Assembly: GCA_016861205.1 (NCBI GenBank)
Contig: BOKX01000001.1
Span: forward strand, 8,539-72,538
DNA from: Patescibacteria group bacterium
GTDB lineage: Bacteria; Patescibacteriota; Microgenomatia; UBA1400; PJMF01
Length of the DNA stretch: 64,000 nucleotides
Direction of reading: 5' to 3'
Shown: positions 19,689-29,018 of the stretch, piece after piece
How positions within the stretch are numbered: the stretch's first letter is position 1
Layout: the number at the start of each line of letters is the position of its first letter
Notes under the pieces: generated by a model
What the model saw: only the letters and a program-made list of their open reading frames with translations
The model's database searches: none
What the model was told of the DNA's origin: nothing
Program-made: the position numbers and the translations under genes

Positions 19689-20732
19689 TCAGGATAGCTG
19701 CGCCACTTGCTCAACTAATCGGTGGCAGTAGCCCCACTCGTTGTCGTACCAGCTGACCACTTTGACCAAGTCACCATCAACCACATTGGTGAGCGATAAG
19801 TCGACAATGGTGGACTCACTACGACCTTTGATGTCGCTAGACACCAAAGCTTCATCACTGACAGCCACGATACCGCGCCATTGATCTGACTGTGAGGCAT
19901 CAATTAAGGCTTTATTAACTTCTTCAATGGTGGTCGGCCGAGACACCAAGAACACCATATCTGACAGTGATCCCACTGGTGTAGGAACTCGGAGTGATAA
20001 CCCGTCAAACAAGCCTTTGAGCTCTGGGACAACCTCAGTAGTTGAGATGGCTGCACCTGTGGTGGTTGGCACGATGTTCATGGCAGCGGCTCGCGCTCGG
20101 CGCAAGTCTTTGTGTGAGTTGTCGTGCAGGTTTTGATCATCAGTATATGAGTGAATGGTGGTCATCATGGCTTTTTTGACGCCAAACACGGTTTGCATGA
20201 TGGCAGCGATCGGAGCCACACAGTTGGTGGTACACGAAGCATTTGAGACCACGGTCTGGCCAGCTTCAAAACGGTTAAGGCCGATGATGCCAGTCATGAC
20301 GTCTCCCCCTTTGGGCGGAGCTGAGATGATAACTTGCTTGGCGCCAGCTTGGAGATGTAGACTGGCTTTTTCCTTGGAGACGAACACGCCGGTCGACTCG
20401 ATCACGACCTCCACACCCTGTTGGGCCCAAGGTAACTTGGCTGGGTCGCGTTGGGCAGTGACCACAATTTCTTTGCCAGCCACGGTAATAACCCCGAGTA
20501 CTGGCTGGTCGTCAGTCACTTCTTTGACAGTGCGATCTTTGCGATAGGAAATCGCTTGGTTGAGCACACCGTAATTGGAGTCGTACTTGAGCAAATGGAC
20601 CCAGTCTTCGATGTCTATTGAGCCGGAAGTGTTGATCATCTTGAGATCAAGTTGGTCAGTGTGCTTTTGCAACCAAACTCGAAAGGCGGTCCGCCCAATT
20701 CGACCAAACCCATTAATGCCGAAGGTTTTCAT
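19689..20732 (-). CDS. gap: Glyceraldehyde-3-phosphate dehydrogenase (type I)
   Basis: NGFGRIGR NAD-binding motif, active-site ASCTTNC, and C-terminal WYDNEWGY. Confidence 0.95.
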   Translation of the reverse strand: MKTFGINGFGRIGRTAFRVWLQKHTDQLDLKMINTSGSIDIEDWVHLLKYDSNYGVLNQAISYRKDRTVKEVTDDQPVLGVITVAGKEIVVTAQRDPAKLPWAQQGVEVVIESTGVFVSKEKASLHLQAGAKQVIISAPPKGGDVMTGIIGLNRFEAGQTVVSNASCTTNCVAPIAAIMQTVFGVKKAMMTTIHSYTDDQNLHDNSHKDLRRARAAAMNIVPTTTGAAISTTEVVPELKGLFDGLSLRVPTPVGSLSDMVFLVSRPTTIEEVNKALIDASQSDQWRGIVAVSDEALVSSDIKGRSESTIVDLSLTNVVDGDLVKVVSWYDNEWGYCHRLVEQVAQLS

Positions 20733-20766
20733 ACGACTCCTCTGCTCTATTTCCTATACTTGGTCG

Positions 20767-21510
20767 CTACTCAGCAAACTGAGTGGTGACTTGATTACTG
20801 ACGTAGGTTCCGATGTCCTGTCCATCAACTGCTTGCGACAGATTGTTGCCTTCGAATAATTTGAACACCATCACGGCCAAGTCGTTTTCACTACACATAG
20901 CTAATGCTGCTGTGTCCATGACTTCGACACCTGGCATCGAGATAGCATCCTTGAAGGTTAAAGTCTTGAAGCGCCGAGCGTCCTTGTTTTTATTGGGGTC
21001 TTGATCGTAGATACCGTTGACTTTGGTCGCTTTCATCATCACGTCACAGTGCAGTTCCAGCGCATGCAGAGACGCGCCAGTATCGGTAGTCACATACGGC
21101 ACACCGGTGCCAGCAGCCAAAATTACTACGCGGCCTTTCTCCATGTGGCGCATGGCGCGACGGCGCACAAAGCTTTCGGCCACAGCTGGCATCTGGAGGG
21201 CTGACTGAACTCGAGTCGGAACACCGACTTTTTCCAGGGCGTCCTGAAGTGCCAACGCGTTCATGACCGTGGCTAACATACCCATGTAGTCGGCTGTGGC
21301 GCGGTCGATACCATTTTTAGAACCAGCTAAACCTCGGAAAATATTGCCGCCGCCGATGACGACCGCAATTTGCACACCTTTGACGTAAATAGACTTGATT
21401 TGGTTGGCGACTTCCAGAGCGGCTTGAGGGTCAATGCCGTATTCGCGGTCCCCCACCATTGATTCGCCACCGACTTTGAGTAAGATTCGTTTAAAGCGGG
21501 GTGCTGCCAT
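20767..21510 (-). CDS. pyrH: UMP kinase
   Basis: RILLKVGGE, VVIGGGNIFRG and MGMLATVMNALALQ are PyrH signatures. Confidence 0.93.
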   Translation of the reverse strand: MAAPRFKRILLKVGGESMVGDREYGIDPQAALEVANQIKSIYVKGVQIAVVIGGGNIFRGLAGSKNGIDRATADYMGMLATVMNALALQDALEKVGVPTRVQSALQMPAVAESFVRRRAMRHMEKGRVVILAAGTGVPYVTTDTGASLHALELHCDVMMKATKVNGIYDQDPNKNKDARRFKTLTFKDAISMPGVEVMDTAALAMCSENDLAVMVFKLFEGNNLSQAVDGQDIGTYVSNQVTTQFAE

Positions 21511-21531
21511 AAAGACCTTTCTGTGAGCTGC

Positions 21532-22581
21532 TTATTTGCCTGGTAGCAGCCGTTTCAGTTTTGTTTGTGTGCGGAGCCAAGTCCACCTGAGATTGTCTGC
21601 GATTCGGAAGATTTTGTACAGAGGGGGGTTGAGCACTAAGTCATATGTCCCCACGAACTCGACTAGGTCACCTCCATAACCCTTCTTGAAGCGATGAAAA
21701 CCGAACCATGGGTCATGTTGGTTTGGTTCGGGTCCGAGGGAACCCCACATGTCAAAAGTGTGACAGCCCTCGCGTTTGCCAAACTTAATCATCTCCCACA
21801 TCATCAAGTTACTGGCCATCACGTCACGGTGAATCGAACGCGAGGCACCGTAGGGGTAGTACAGGACACCGTTAAAGATGAACATCACCCAGCTCACGAT
21901 GACTTGGTTGTCGTAGACAGCGTGGAAAATCCGCATCATGCCAGAAGCACCCAGCGTTTGCCACATAGTGCGGAAGTACTCGGGGCCATGGGCATAAAAG
22001 CCCTGTCGGGAAGTAGTTTCCTGCAAAACCTGAACATACTGTTCCATGCCGTTATCGCTGGTGTCCTCCACAATCTGCACGCCTTTTTTGGCTGCCAAGT
22101 TGACGTTGTAGCGTGTTTTTTGATTGAGTTTTTCAAACAGCTCGTCCTCTGGGCGGGTCAAGTCTAACTGGAATGTGTAGCGAGTGAAGAGGGGTTTGCC
22201 GGGGACAGCGCCATTGGCAAGCAAAAACTCAGCAATGCGGTGGTGACCGGAGGGCGCGCCCACTTTCTGGGCTACGTTGGGTTCGAGTTTAATGAATAAA
22301 GCGTTGTGTTGCTGACCCAGTTGGCGCAGGGCAGCCAACTGTTCTTCATCCGGCATGAAACCCTTGGGGCAGTAGCCGGCGGTACCACCGATGACCGGAA
22401 TGGGATGAAACGTAACCTGAAGGCCTTTTTGCAGCCGTGCATTATCAAAGAAACCGACGCGCTCGACTTGGAGGCCAGTCTTAGCGCGAAACTCGCCCCA
22501 CTCCCAGGATTGCAGTGGGTGTTCAACAACTTGGTTGTACTGAGTGCGCTCTTGGTCTCGAAGGGGGCGAAGTAACATCAA
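21532..22581 (-). CDS. FemAB-family peptidoglycan interpeptide-bridge aminoacyltransferase
   Basis: 349 aa. FemX/FemAB-like blocks (YNVNLAAKKGV, FRTMWQ, the GNAT-like YYPYGASR region). Consistent with a monoderm cell wall. Confidence 0.7.
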   Translation of the reverse strand: MMLLRPLRDQERTQYNQVVEHPLQSWEWGEFRAKTGLQVERVGFFDNARLQKGLQVTFHPIPVIGGTAGYCPKGFMPDEEQLAALRQLGQQHNALFIKLEPNVAQKVGAPSGHHRIAEFLLANGAVPGKPLFTRYTFQLDLTRPEDELFEKLNQKTRYNVNLAAKKGVQIVEDTSDNGMEQYVQVLQETTSRQGFYAHGPEYFRTMWQTLGASGMMRIFHAVYDNQVIVSWVMFIFNGVLYYPYGASRSIHRDVMASNLMMWEMIKFGKREGCHTFDMWGSLGPEPNQHDPWFGFHRFKKGYGGDLVEFVGTYDLVLNPPLYKIFRIADNLRWTWLRTQTKLKRLLPGK

Positions 22582-22646
22582 GGGTATTATAGCGGGGAAT
22601 CAGGATTGTGTGTAATTCAACTCTCACACCAACTGTAACCTACGGA

Positions 22647-24569
22647 TTAACTATTCAAAAACGTATTGATATCAATCTCGCCGTGCAGCACGCCTTCCAA
22701 CTCAGCATCGTCCAAAACAATCCGGCGACCGCCAGCTTTTGGTTTGGTGGGTTGGGTGGCAGAACCTAAGAGTGGGTTGAAGTTACTACTGACCGGTTGA
22801 TCGAGCAAGCTAGGCGCTATGTCACTCAGGAATCGGCTGCGAACACTGTACTGACTGGTGCCATAGACCCAGCGACGACGGGCGTAACTGAAGTACAATC
22901 GCTCTTTGGCTCGGGTGATACCCACGTAGCACAAACGACGCTCCTCTTCCATTTGTTCAGGGTCGATCAGCGAGCGACTATGTGGCAGCAAACCTTCTTC
23001 CATGCCGACCATGAACACAACTGGGAACTCGAGACCTTTGGCCGAGTGCAAACTCATCAGGGTAATAGCTTGGGCTGGTTCGTCACTCTGGGCATCGGCC
23101 ATGACTTCATCTTGCACTAACGCCACGTTTTCCAAGAACGTGGCCACTTCTTTAAACTGACCAGCCACGTTGATCAACTCTTGCACGTTTTCAATGCGAC
23201 TGGCTTCTTCTGGGTCGCGCTCATCAAATTGATTCAGAAACTGAGTAGCCTTTATGATGGCCAACAGGAGCGGCTGAGGGGCTTGGTTTTCGACAGCGGG
23301 CTGTTCGGCCAACCAGGCTTCAAACTGCGCTAACCGGCGCTTGCCAAGCTTGGTGACTCGCTCGCGACTAACCGTGTCATCGGGGTTGAGCGTCAAGCGC
23401 AGGTATCCCAGCAGATCTTTAACTTCTTTGCGCTCGTAAAACTTAAAGCCGCCCACCAAGCGGTATGGCACCCCATGCCGGACAAAAGCTTCTTCGAACG
23501 GCCGCGACTGTGCGTTGGTGCGGTACAGTATCACTATGTCTCGATAGTCGTAAAGCGAGCGTAATCGGTCAATTTCTTGAGTAATCAGCTGAGCTTCTTC
23601 TTCGCCAGTGGCTGCTTCAAACACGCGGATTTTGTCGGCAGCGGGGTTTTCAGTCCACAGGTTCAGGACGGGATGTGAAGTAGTTTGCGAAATAACTTGG
23701 GTCGCGGCATCCAAAATAGTTTGGGTGGATCGATAGTTTTGCTCGAGCCGGTACTCCGCTACTTTGGGAAAGTCTTGCTTGAGCTGCATCATGTTGTGGT
23801 AATCAGCTCCCCGCCAGGCATAAATGCTCTGGGCGAAGTCACCCACCACGTAGACATTGTTTTGAGGTCGCGAAAAAAGCAGCGTTAATTGGTACTGTGC
23901 CTTGTTTGTATCCTGATACTCGTCCACTAAAACATGGCTCAGTTGGTCCTGGTACTTGGCGAGCACATCTTTATTTTGTTTGAGCAGCTGCACGGCCAGG
24001 ATCAAGAGGTCGTCAAAATCGACTGCTTGCTGGCGGCGGAGTTCGTTTTGGTAATAGTGATAGATGTCTGCCGCGATGCGTTGGTAGCGATTGCTGGCGA
24101 GTGACTCGTACTCCTGCCAGGACAGCAGCTCATTTTTGGCTTCTGAAATAGTAGCTTTAATGGCTTTAGGGTTAAATTCTTTGGGGTCAAAACCGTGGTC
24201 CTTGTAGACTTGTTTCAGCAAGCTGACTTGGTCATCTGTGTCATAAATAGTGTAGTTGGGTGACAGACCGAGTCGGTGACCATCATGGCGCAAGATCTTT
24301 GCTGCCAATCGGTGAAAAGTACCGGCAAACGGTAGCGCTTGGCCCGTCAACTGAGCCACGCGATGATTCATTTCTTGGGCGGCTTTGTTGGTAAAGGTAA
24401 CCAGCATGATTTCGCGTGGGTCAACTTTGCCTTGATCGATCAGCCACGCTACCCGAGTAGTCAGGACCCGGGTTTTGCCTGAGCCAGCCCCCGCCAAAAC
24501 CATGGCCGGTCCATCGGGGTGGATCACAGCTTGACGTTGATTCTCATTGAGATGTTCAAGGTACTGCAC
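22647..24569 (-). CDS. pcrA: ATP-dependent DNA helicase PcrA/UvrD family
   Basis: N-terminal LNENQRQAV.., Walker A GAGSGKT, and helicase motifs of the UvrD/Rep/PcrA superfamily 1 through to the C-terminus. 640 aa. Confidence 0.9.
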   Translation of the reverse strand: MQYLEHLNENQRQAVIHPDGPAMVLAGAGSGKTRVLTTRVAWLIDQGKVDPREIMLVTFTNKAAQEMNHRVAQLTGQALPFAGTFHRLAAKILRHDGHRLGLSPNYTIYDTDDQVSLLKQVYKDHGFDPKEFNPKAIKATISEAKNELLSWQEYESLASNRYQRIAADIYHYYQNELRRQQAVDFDDLLILAVQLLKQNKDVLAKYQDQLSHVLVDEYQDTNKAQYQLTLLFSRPQNNVYVVGDFAQSIYAWRGADYHNMMQLKQDFPKVAEYRLEQNYRSTQTILDAATQVISQTTSHPVLNLWTENPAADKIRVFEAATGEEEAQLITQEIDRLRSLYDYRDIVILYRTNAQSRPFEEAFVRHGVPYRLVGGFKFYERKEVKDLLGYLRLTLNPDDTVSRERVTKLGKRRLAQFEAWLAEQPAVENQAPQPLLLAIIKATQFLNQFDERDPEEASRIENVQELINVAGQFKEVATFLENVALVQDEVMADAQSDEPAQAITLMSLHSAKGLEFPVVFMVGMEEGLLPHSRSLIDPEQMEEERRLCYVGITRAKERLYFSYARRRWVYGTSQYSVRSRFLSDIAPSLLDQPVSSNFNPLLGSATQPTKPKAGGRRIVLDDAELEGVLHGEIDINTFLNS

Positions 24570-24654
24570 AACTTGGCCATCCTATCACATTCCAGACGAG
24601 CTATGAACTCCGTGGTTATGAACTTGAGCTGAGAATCTGTGGTACTATGAGGCC

Positions 24655-25359
24655 ATGTCACAACTCATCATTGCTAACTGGAAATCAAACATGTCACAGG
24701 CCCAGGCTTTGGCCTGGTTGGAGAGTTGGGCCAAAGTATGGCAACCAGACGCAGATCAGACAGTCGTTCTGGCTGTGCCGTTTACCCTGGTAGGGGCTTT
24801 GGACTGGTTTACTGCGCATCAAACGCAGTTTTCAGCCGAGCAGCAAGCGGCCTTTAAACTGGCAGTGCAGGATCTGAGTCCCTTTCCGGCCGGAGCCTAT
24901 ACGGGGGCGATCACGACCGAAAATCTGCAAGGTTTTGCGGTGAAGTATGCCTTGGTTGGCCACTCAGAGCGCCGGCGCTACTTTCATGAAACGAACCAAG
25001 AAGTGGCGAATAAAGTTGAACAAGCTTTGGCAGTTGGGATTACGCCAGTGGTCTGTGTCGATCGAGACTACCTTACGTCTCAGGCAGCGACGTTGTCATC
25101 AAAAGAATGGGCAAAATGTGTCATCGCGTATGAGCCGTTAGAGGCTATCGGCACTGGTAGCCGGCAACCGGCAGCAGAAGTCGAGCCCGTAGTAGCTGAG
25201 ATCAAAGCCCAGTTTGGCCAAGTGCCCGTTGTGTACGGTGGCAGTGTCGATGCTGACTCAGCCGCCGAGTACGTCGGGGTGGTCGACGGTTTGCTGGTTG
25301 GTGGTCAGAGCCTTAAGCCAGATAGTTTTAACGGGATTGTGAAAAACTTTCGCAAGTAA
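24655..25359 (+). CDS. tpiA: Triosephosphate isomerase
   Basis: IIANWK, active-site GHSERR, and YEPLEAIGTG motifs. Confidence 0.93.
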   Translation: MSQLIIANWKSNMSQAQALAWLESWAKVWQPDADQTVVLAVPFTLVGALDWFTAHQTQFSAEQQAAFKLAVQDLSPFPAGAYTGAITTENLQGFAVKYALVGHSERRRYFHETNQEVANKVEQALAVGITPVVCVDRDYLTSQAATLSSKEWAKCVIAYEPLEAIGTGSRQPAAEVEPVVAEIKAQFGQVPVVYGGSVDADSAAEYVGVVDGLLVGGQSLKPDSFNGIVKNFRK

Positions 25360-26209
25360 GATCCCGGGCAAAGTTGCCGATATTTTCAATTGAGTCTTCT
25401 GGATCGCGCCAACTGGAACGACAGGTTTTGAGGGTGGTTTGCGTGGTCGAGACTAAGTTGACCTTCATCAGCAAGCCGCCCACAAAACCACCATCTCCCC
25501 CACCGCACTGCAGGTACACCACATTATCGGTGGTCAACTGGAGTGGATAACGACAGTTAAAGTACGGGAAACCCTGACTATTGGGAATCGTCGTGATTGC
25601 CCCGAGCACCTGATCATCTTTACCAGTTAGGGTCAAGTTAACTGTGTTAGCACCACCACCGCCACCCTGAAAAATGTTGTAGATAACGAGTTTCTGAGCG
25701 TTGTCAGTTTGGCAAAAAGCGAACTCGTCAGGGTCACGGTCTTTGGTGGCTTCGTTGATCAGGTCGGCAATTTTAAACACGGTTTCATTCTCGACGGTTA
25801 CAAGATCACCACCAACTGGGTCGATCATGGTGTACGAACCATCGATTTGTTTGGTGTAAAAGGGTGAACACGAGATAGTTTTCAGCTTGGTATCGGGCAT
25901 CTGGGTGATCTCAGTTGGCAGTGCCTGGTCAAAAAAAGTCGTGCCCTCACTGGTGGCGGTGGGCTGGAAGTATAGCCGTTTACCGCTTAACGGCAGGGGA
26001 GTAGGACTGGGTGGTGTTCCTACTAACTGCGGAACAGGTGAGCTAACCGGTGGTGCAACCGACATTGATTCAGAAAAAGGAATAGGAGCCGACAATCTTC
26101 CCAGCCAAAAACCACCAAACGCCATTGCGCCTGCACCAATCACTAAAGCGGTAACTAACTGCCAAATGGGGCGAGGTTGCTGAGGTAGATCAAAAGGTGC
26201 GTTTGTCAT
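25328..26209 (-). CDS. Hypothetical membrane-anchored extracellular protein (Pro-rich linker, Gly-rich loops)
   Basis: N-terminal TM anchor, Pro/Ser-rich linker, globular region with GGGGG and GGGDGG loops. Convergent 32-nt overlap with the tpiA 3' end. Confidence 0.4.
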   Translation of the reverse strand: MTNAPFDLPQQPRPIWQLVTALVIGAGAMAFGGFWLGRLSAPIPFSESMSVAPPVSSPVPQLVGTPPSPTPLPLSGKRLYFQPTATSEGTTFFDQALPTEITQMPDTKLKTISCSPFYTKQIDGSYTMIDPVGGDLVTVENETVFKIADLINEATKDRDPDEFAFCQTDNAQKLVIYNIFQGGGGGANTVNLTLTGKDDQVLGAITTIPNSQGFPYFNCRYPLQLTTDNVVYLQCGGGDGGFVGGLLMKVNLVSTTQTTLKTCRSSWRDPEDSIENIGNFARDLTCESFSQSR

Positions 26210-26232
26210 GACTGCTATTCAGCATAGCATGC

Positions 26233-27975
26233 TTACTTCAGCCGATAAACCGAGTAATTTTCGGTCTGGTTGATCAATGTTCCAACCTGTGCCCAGTGGG
26301 CTGGTCTGGCTCCCCACTCTTCAAGTTCGGTTGGTCCGAGGACCACATAATCCAGATCGTACCGCTCGAGGATATCTCGATGGGCGACGGGATTTGCAAA
26401 CACGGTGCGAACATCTTGTTCGATACCTTGGTAATCGTAACCATGCGTCCAAACCCAACCGCGGTAGGCTAACATTGGTTGTCGGCCGGCCAAGTTGTAC
26501 ACCCAGTGGTTGTGCTGATCACTGGTCAGCCAGCGAGACCGAGGTTCTGTTTCCTGGCGGGCCCACTCGGCCAGTTGCCATTCTTCTGCGGAGTACAAAG
26601 TATAGCTGTGAAGATCAGTGCGCAGCACCCAGTAGGCATCCAGAGCACCAGCCGCAAACAGGCTCAACCCAATGAGGCTCAACAGGGTGAGTTTGCTGGC
26701 GCGGAAGATTTCTGCCAACCAGCCATGAGCCGGTAGCCACCACCGTTGCCAAGTGCGAGTGAGCCACCCCGCAGCTAGGCCCGAAATACCTACCGAGGCC
26801 CATACTACCAGTTTGGTGTTGTCCCAAATATAAGGTTGGAACAAAAATAGATTGATGGCTGCAAAGATAGTCCAAAAAGGCGCTATCCAGCAGGCTCTTC
26901 TCCACCAATCTTTCTTCGGCCACTGCAACCACTGCCAGCTACCCACCACCGCCAACGCAGGTACCAATCCCCAGTTCTTAAACCACCACCAGAACCAGTT
27001 CTCACCGTACTCTGTGGCGTACCAGCCCGGGTACCACGAGATGAAGTGTCTGGTGGTATGGGCAGCAAAGAAGTAAACATACAGTGGCGTGGCAACCAAA
27101 ACGGCCGGCACACCAATGGCCGCCCAGCGGTAGAACCAGGCTGGGATCTGTGCAGATTTGGTTGGCATGGTAGCTACTGCCCAACCGGCCAAAATACAAC
27201 TGACAGCCAAAAATGAGTGGGTGTGAATAATGGGTAAAATGCCCCACCCCAGACCAACCATCACTCGCAGGCCAAGCTGCCAGCGTCTGGTACGCTTAGA
27301 CAAGCGAGTCCAAGCCGTACCACGTTCCCACCGCCAGATAAGTATTAGCAGGGCCAATGCGATGGGAAAACCCAGATTAAATGCCCGCTGTGGCACGATC
27401 ATGCTGTCGATGACCGACATCCAGCGCAGACCAGCTGAGTCAAGATGTGTGTACTCGTGTTGAGGGTTGAGAATGGCCAGCCATGGTTGGCTAGCTTTGA
27501 AAACATCGTTCAAGTACCAAATAAAACCGAGCCCACCGTTACATAGAAACAGCAGCGTGGCCACTATGGTTGTCGCCTTCGACTTAAACCAGACCTGATA
27601 CCACCATCCCAGTCCCGCCACGATGGCCAATGAACCCAACCAGCTCAAAATGACAAACGAAGAGATAAATGGGACCCCGGCTCGGATGGCTACAGCCGCT
27701 AGCCAGTTAGTAATGAATGGGTAACTCAGCCGTTGATCAATCAGGAACGGGCTAGCCAAGTCACTCAAAGACACATACGCAAATCGGCTGCCCATGGTGA
27801 AATGAGCTGCCCAGTCACCCCAAATGTTAATGTGACCAGCGACAATATTGCCGGCTACATCATTCCAAAAAGCATGTGTCCAAAACCAGGAAAAATACAA
27901 AAACCAGATAGCCCAAAAAGCCACCCACCACCACGGCCACCGTTTGAGCCAGCGGTTCCCAAAATCCATCATCAT
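26233..27975 (-). CDS. Large polytopic membrane protein with C-terminal soluble domain (possible GT-C-fold glycosyltransferase)
   Basis: About 12 TM helices with an extremely Trp-rich N-terminus (WPWWWVAFWAIWFLYFSWFW). The acidic-loop candidate WNDVAGNIVAGHINIWGDW follows the first TM. A ~140 aa hydrophilic C-terminal domain follows the TM region. Confidence 0.3.
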   Translation of the reverse strand: MMMDFGNRWLKRWPWWWVAFWAIWFLYFSWFWTHAFWNDVAGNIVAGHINIWGDWAAHFTMGSRFAYVSLSDLASPFLIDQRLSYPFITNWLAAVAIRAGVPFISSFVILSWLGSLAIVAGLGWWYQVWFKSKATTIVATLLFLCNGGLGFIWYLNDVFKASQPWLAILNPQHEYTHLDSAGLRWMSVIDSMIVPQRAFNLGFPIALALLILIWRWERGTAWTRLSKRTRRWQLGLRVMVGLGWGILPIIHTHSFLAVSCILAGWAVATMPTKSAQIPAWFYRWAAIGVPAVLVATPLYVYFFAAHTTRHFISWYPGWYATEYGENWFWWWFKNWGLVPALAVVGSWQWLQWPKKDWWRRACWIAPFWTIFAAINLFLFQPYIWDNTKLVVWASVGISGLAAGWLTRTWQRWWLPAHGWLAEIFRASKLTLLSLIGLSLFAAGALDAYWVLRTDLHSYTLYSAEEWQLAEWARQETEPRSRWLTSDQHNHWVYNLAGRQPMLAYRGWVWTHGYDYQGIEQDVRTVFANPVAHRDILERYDLDYVVLGPTELEEWGARPAHWAQVGTLINQTENYSVYRLK

Positions 27976-27981
27976 CTTAGT

Positions 27982-28944
27982 TTAATTGGTACCGAGGAGT
28001 TCCGTAAACTGGCTACTCACCCAACCGGGTTTGCCTTCGAAGGTAATTTTGTGCCAACCATCTTTACTTTCTTCAAGATACGGGTACTCGTTTCCGACGG
28101 GAGCAAAACCCAAGGTTGAGCCAGAACTGCTGGGAGTTGAGCGCACTCGGAGCACTTCCTGGTCGTCTTGGTAGAAGTTGGTGGTTTTGATTCTGGCGCG
28201 CGGGCCAGTGATGGTGGCGGTCGGGCTGGCTTTAGGTGAGGCTTTGGGCGAGGCACTGGCTTTGGGAGTCGCACTCGCTGACGCTTTGTTGGCCGAACTC
28301 GTAGCGGCCAAAGCGGCTGAAGCAGTAGCTGTTGGTGAAGCACTAACCGATGCAGCTGGATTTGGACTGGCCTCTGCGGTGGTGGCTCGGGCTAGTTTAA
28401 CTGTCACATTAATTTTATGGCCCTCGACCATGTTGAGCGTGTGCTGCTGAGTTTCATAGCTTGGCAGCGAGACGGTGAACTCATGTTGGCCGGGAGAGAT
28501 GTTGTCGAGCACGATTGGGGCAAACTCCTTGGCTTGGTTATCGAGGCTGACAATCGCTCCATCGGGAATACTGATCAGCGCTAACTGGGTGGCTTTTTTG
28601 TTGGGCAACTTTTCCATTTCGTAAATGACTCCCCCACTCAACTCGGGTCGTGGCCCTGGTTTCCAGGTCACGACTGTCAACAGACCTTTGTGCAGAGTGA
28701 CGGTAGTTTCATAGGCGGCCAGGTTGTTATCATCAGGCTGGATTTTCAAGGTGTAGGTGCCGGGTTTGAGATCTTTGCTGATTAATGGAGTTTTGTCGAG
28801 GTACTGGCCATCGAGGAAGAGTGAGCTAGGAGTGTCATTGGTAATGACTTGCAGACCAGCTTTGGCAGTGATGCCACGTGGAATACACGCAGCCAGGCTG
28901 AGACTGGCGCAAGCCACAATGATGAGCGTAACAAGTTTCCTCAT
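27982..28944 (-). CDS. Lipoprotein with PEGA-like domains, Ala/Ser/Pro/Lys low-complexity linker and C-terminal SH3b domain
   Basis: Signal peptide with lipobox LSLAAC. Repeated PEGA-like beta modules (TYTLKIQ.., HEFTVSLPSYETQ). Linker ASASATPKASASPKASPKASPTA. C-terminal SH3_3-like block (YLEESKDGWHKITFEGKPGWVSSQF). Confidence 0.55.
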   Translation of the reverse strand: MRKLVTLIIVACASLSLAACIPRGITAKAGLQVITNDTPSSLFLDGQYLDKTPLISKDLKPGTYTLKIQPDDNNLAAYETTVTLHKGLLTVVTWKPGPRPELSGGVIYEMEKLPNKKATQLALISIPDGAIVSLDNQAKEFAPIVLDNISPGQHEFTVSLPSYETQQHTLNMVEGHKINVTVKLARATTAEASPNPAASVSASPTATASAALAATSSANKASASATPKASASPKASPKASPTATITGPRARIKTTNFYQDDQEVLRVRSTPSSSGSTLGFAPVGNEYPYLEESKDGWHKITFEGKPGWVSSQFTELLGTN

Positions 28945-29018
28945 GGTCGTCTGGGTACTAGTGTACCATGAGTCTGTCTGGATATGAGCCGGTTTTGACC
29001 GATCCGAGGTAAGTTTAA

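Noticed and set aside
28178-28450. Repetitive Ala/Ser/Pro/Lys tract (ASASATPKASASPKASPKASP) that could be mistaken for a tandem repeat or CRISPR-like array
   Set aside because: It is the coding low-complexity linker of the PEGA/SH3b lipoprotein. It has no regular repeat-spacer structure, and no CRISPR repeats occur anywhere in the window.
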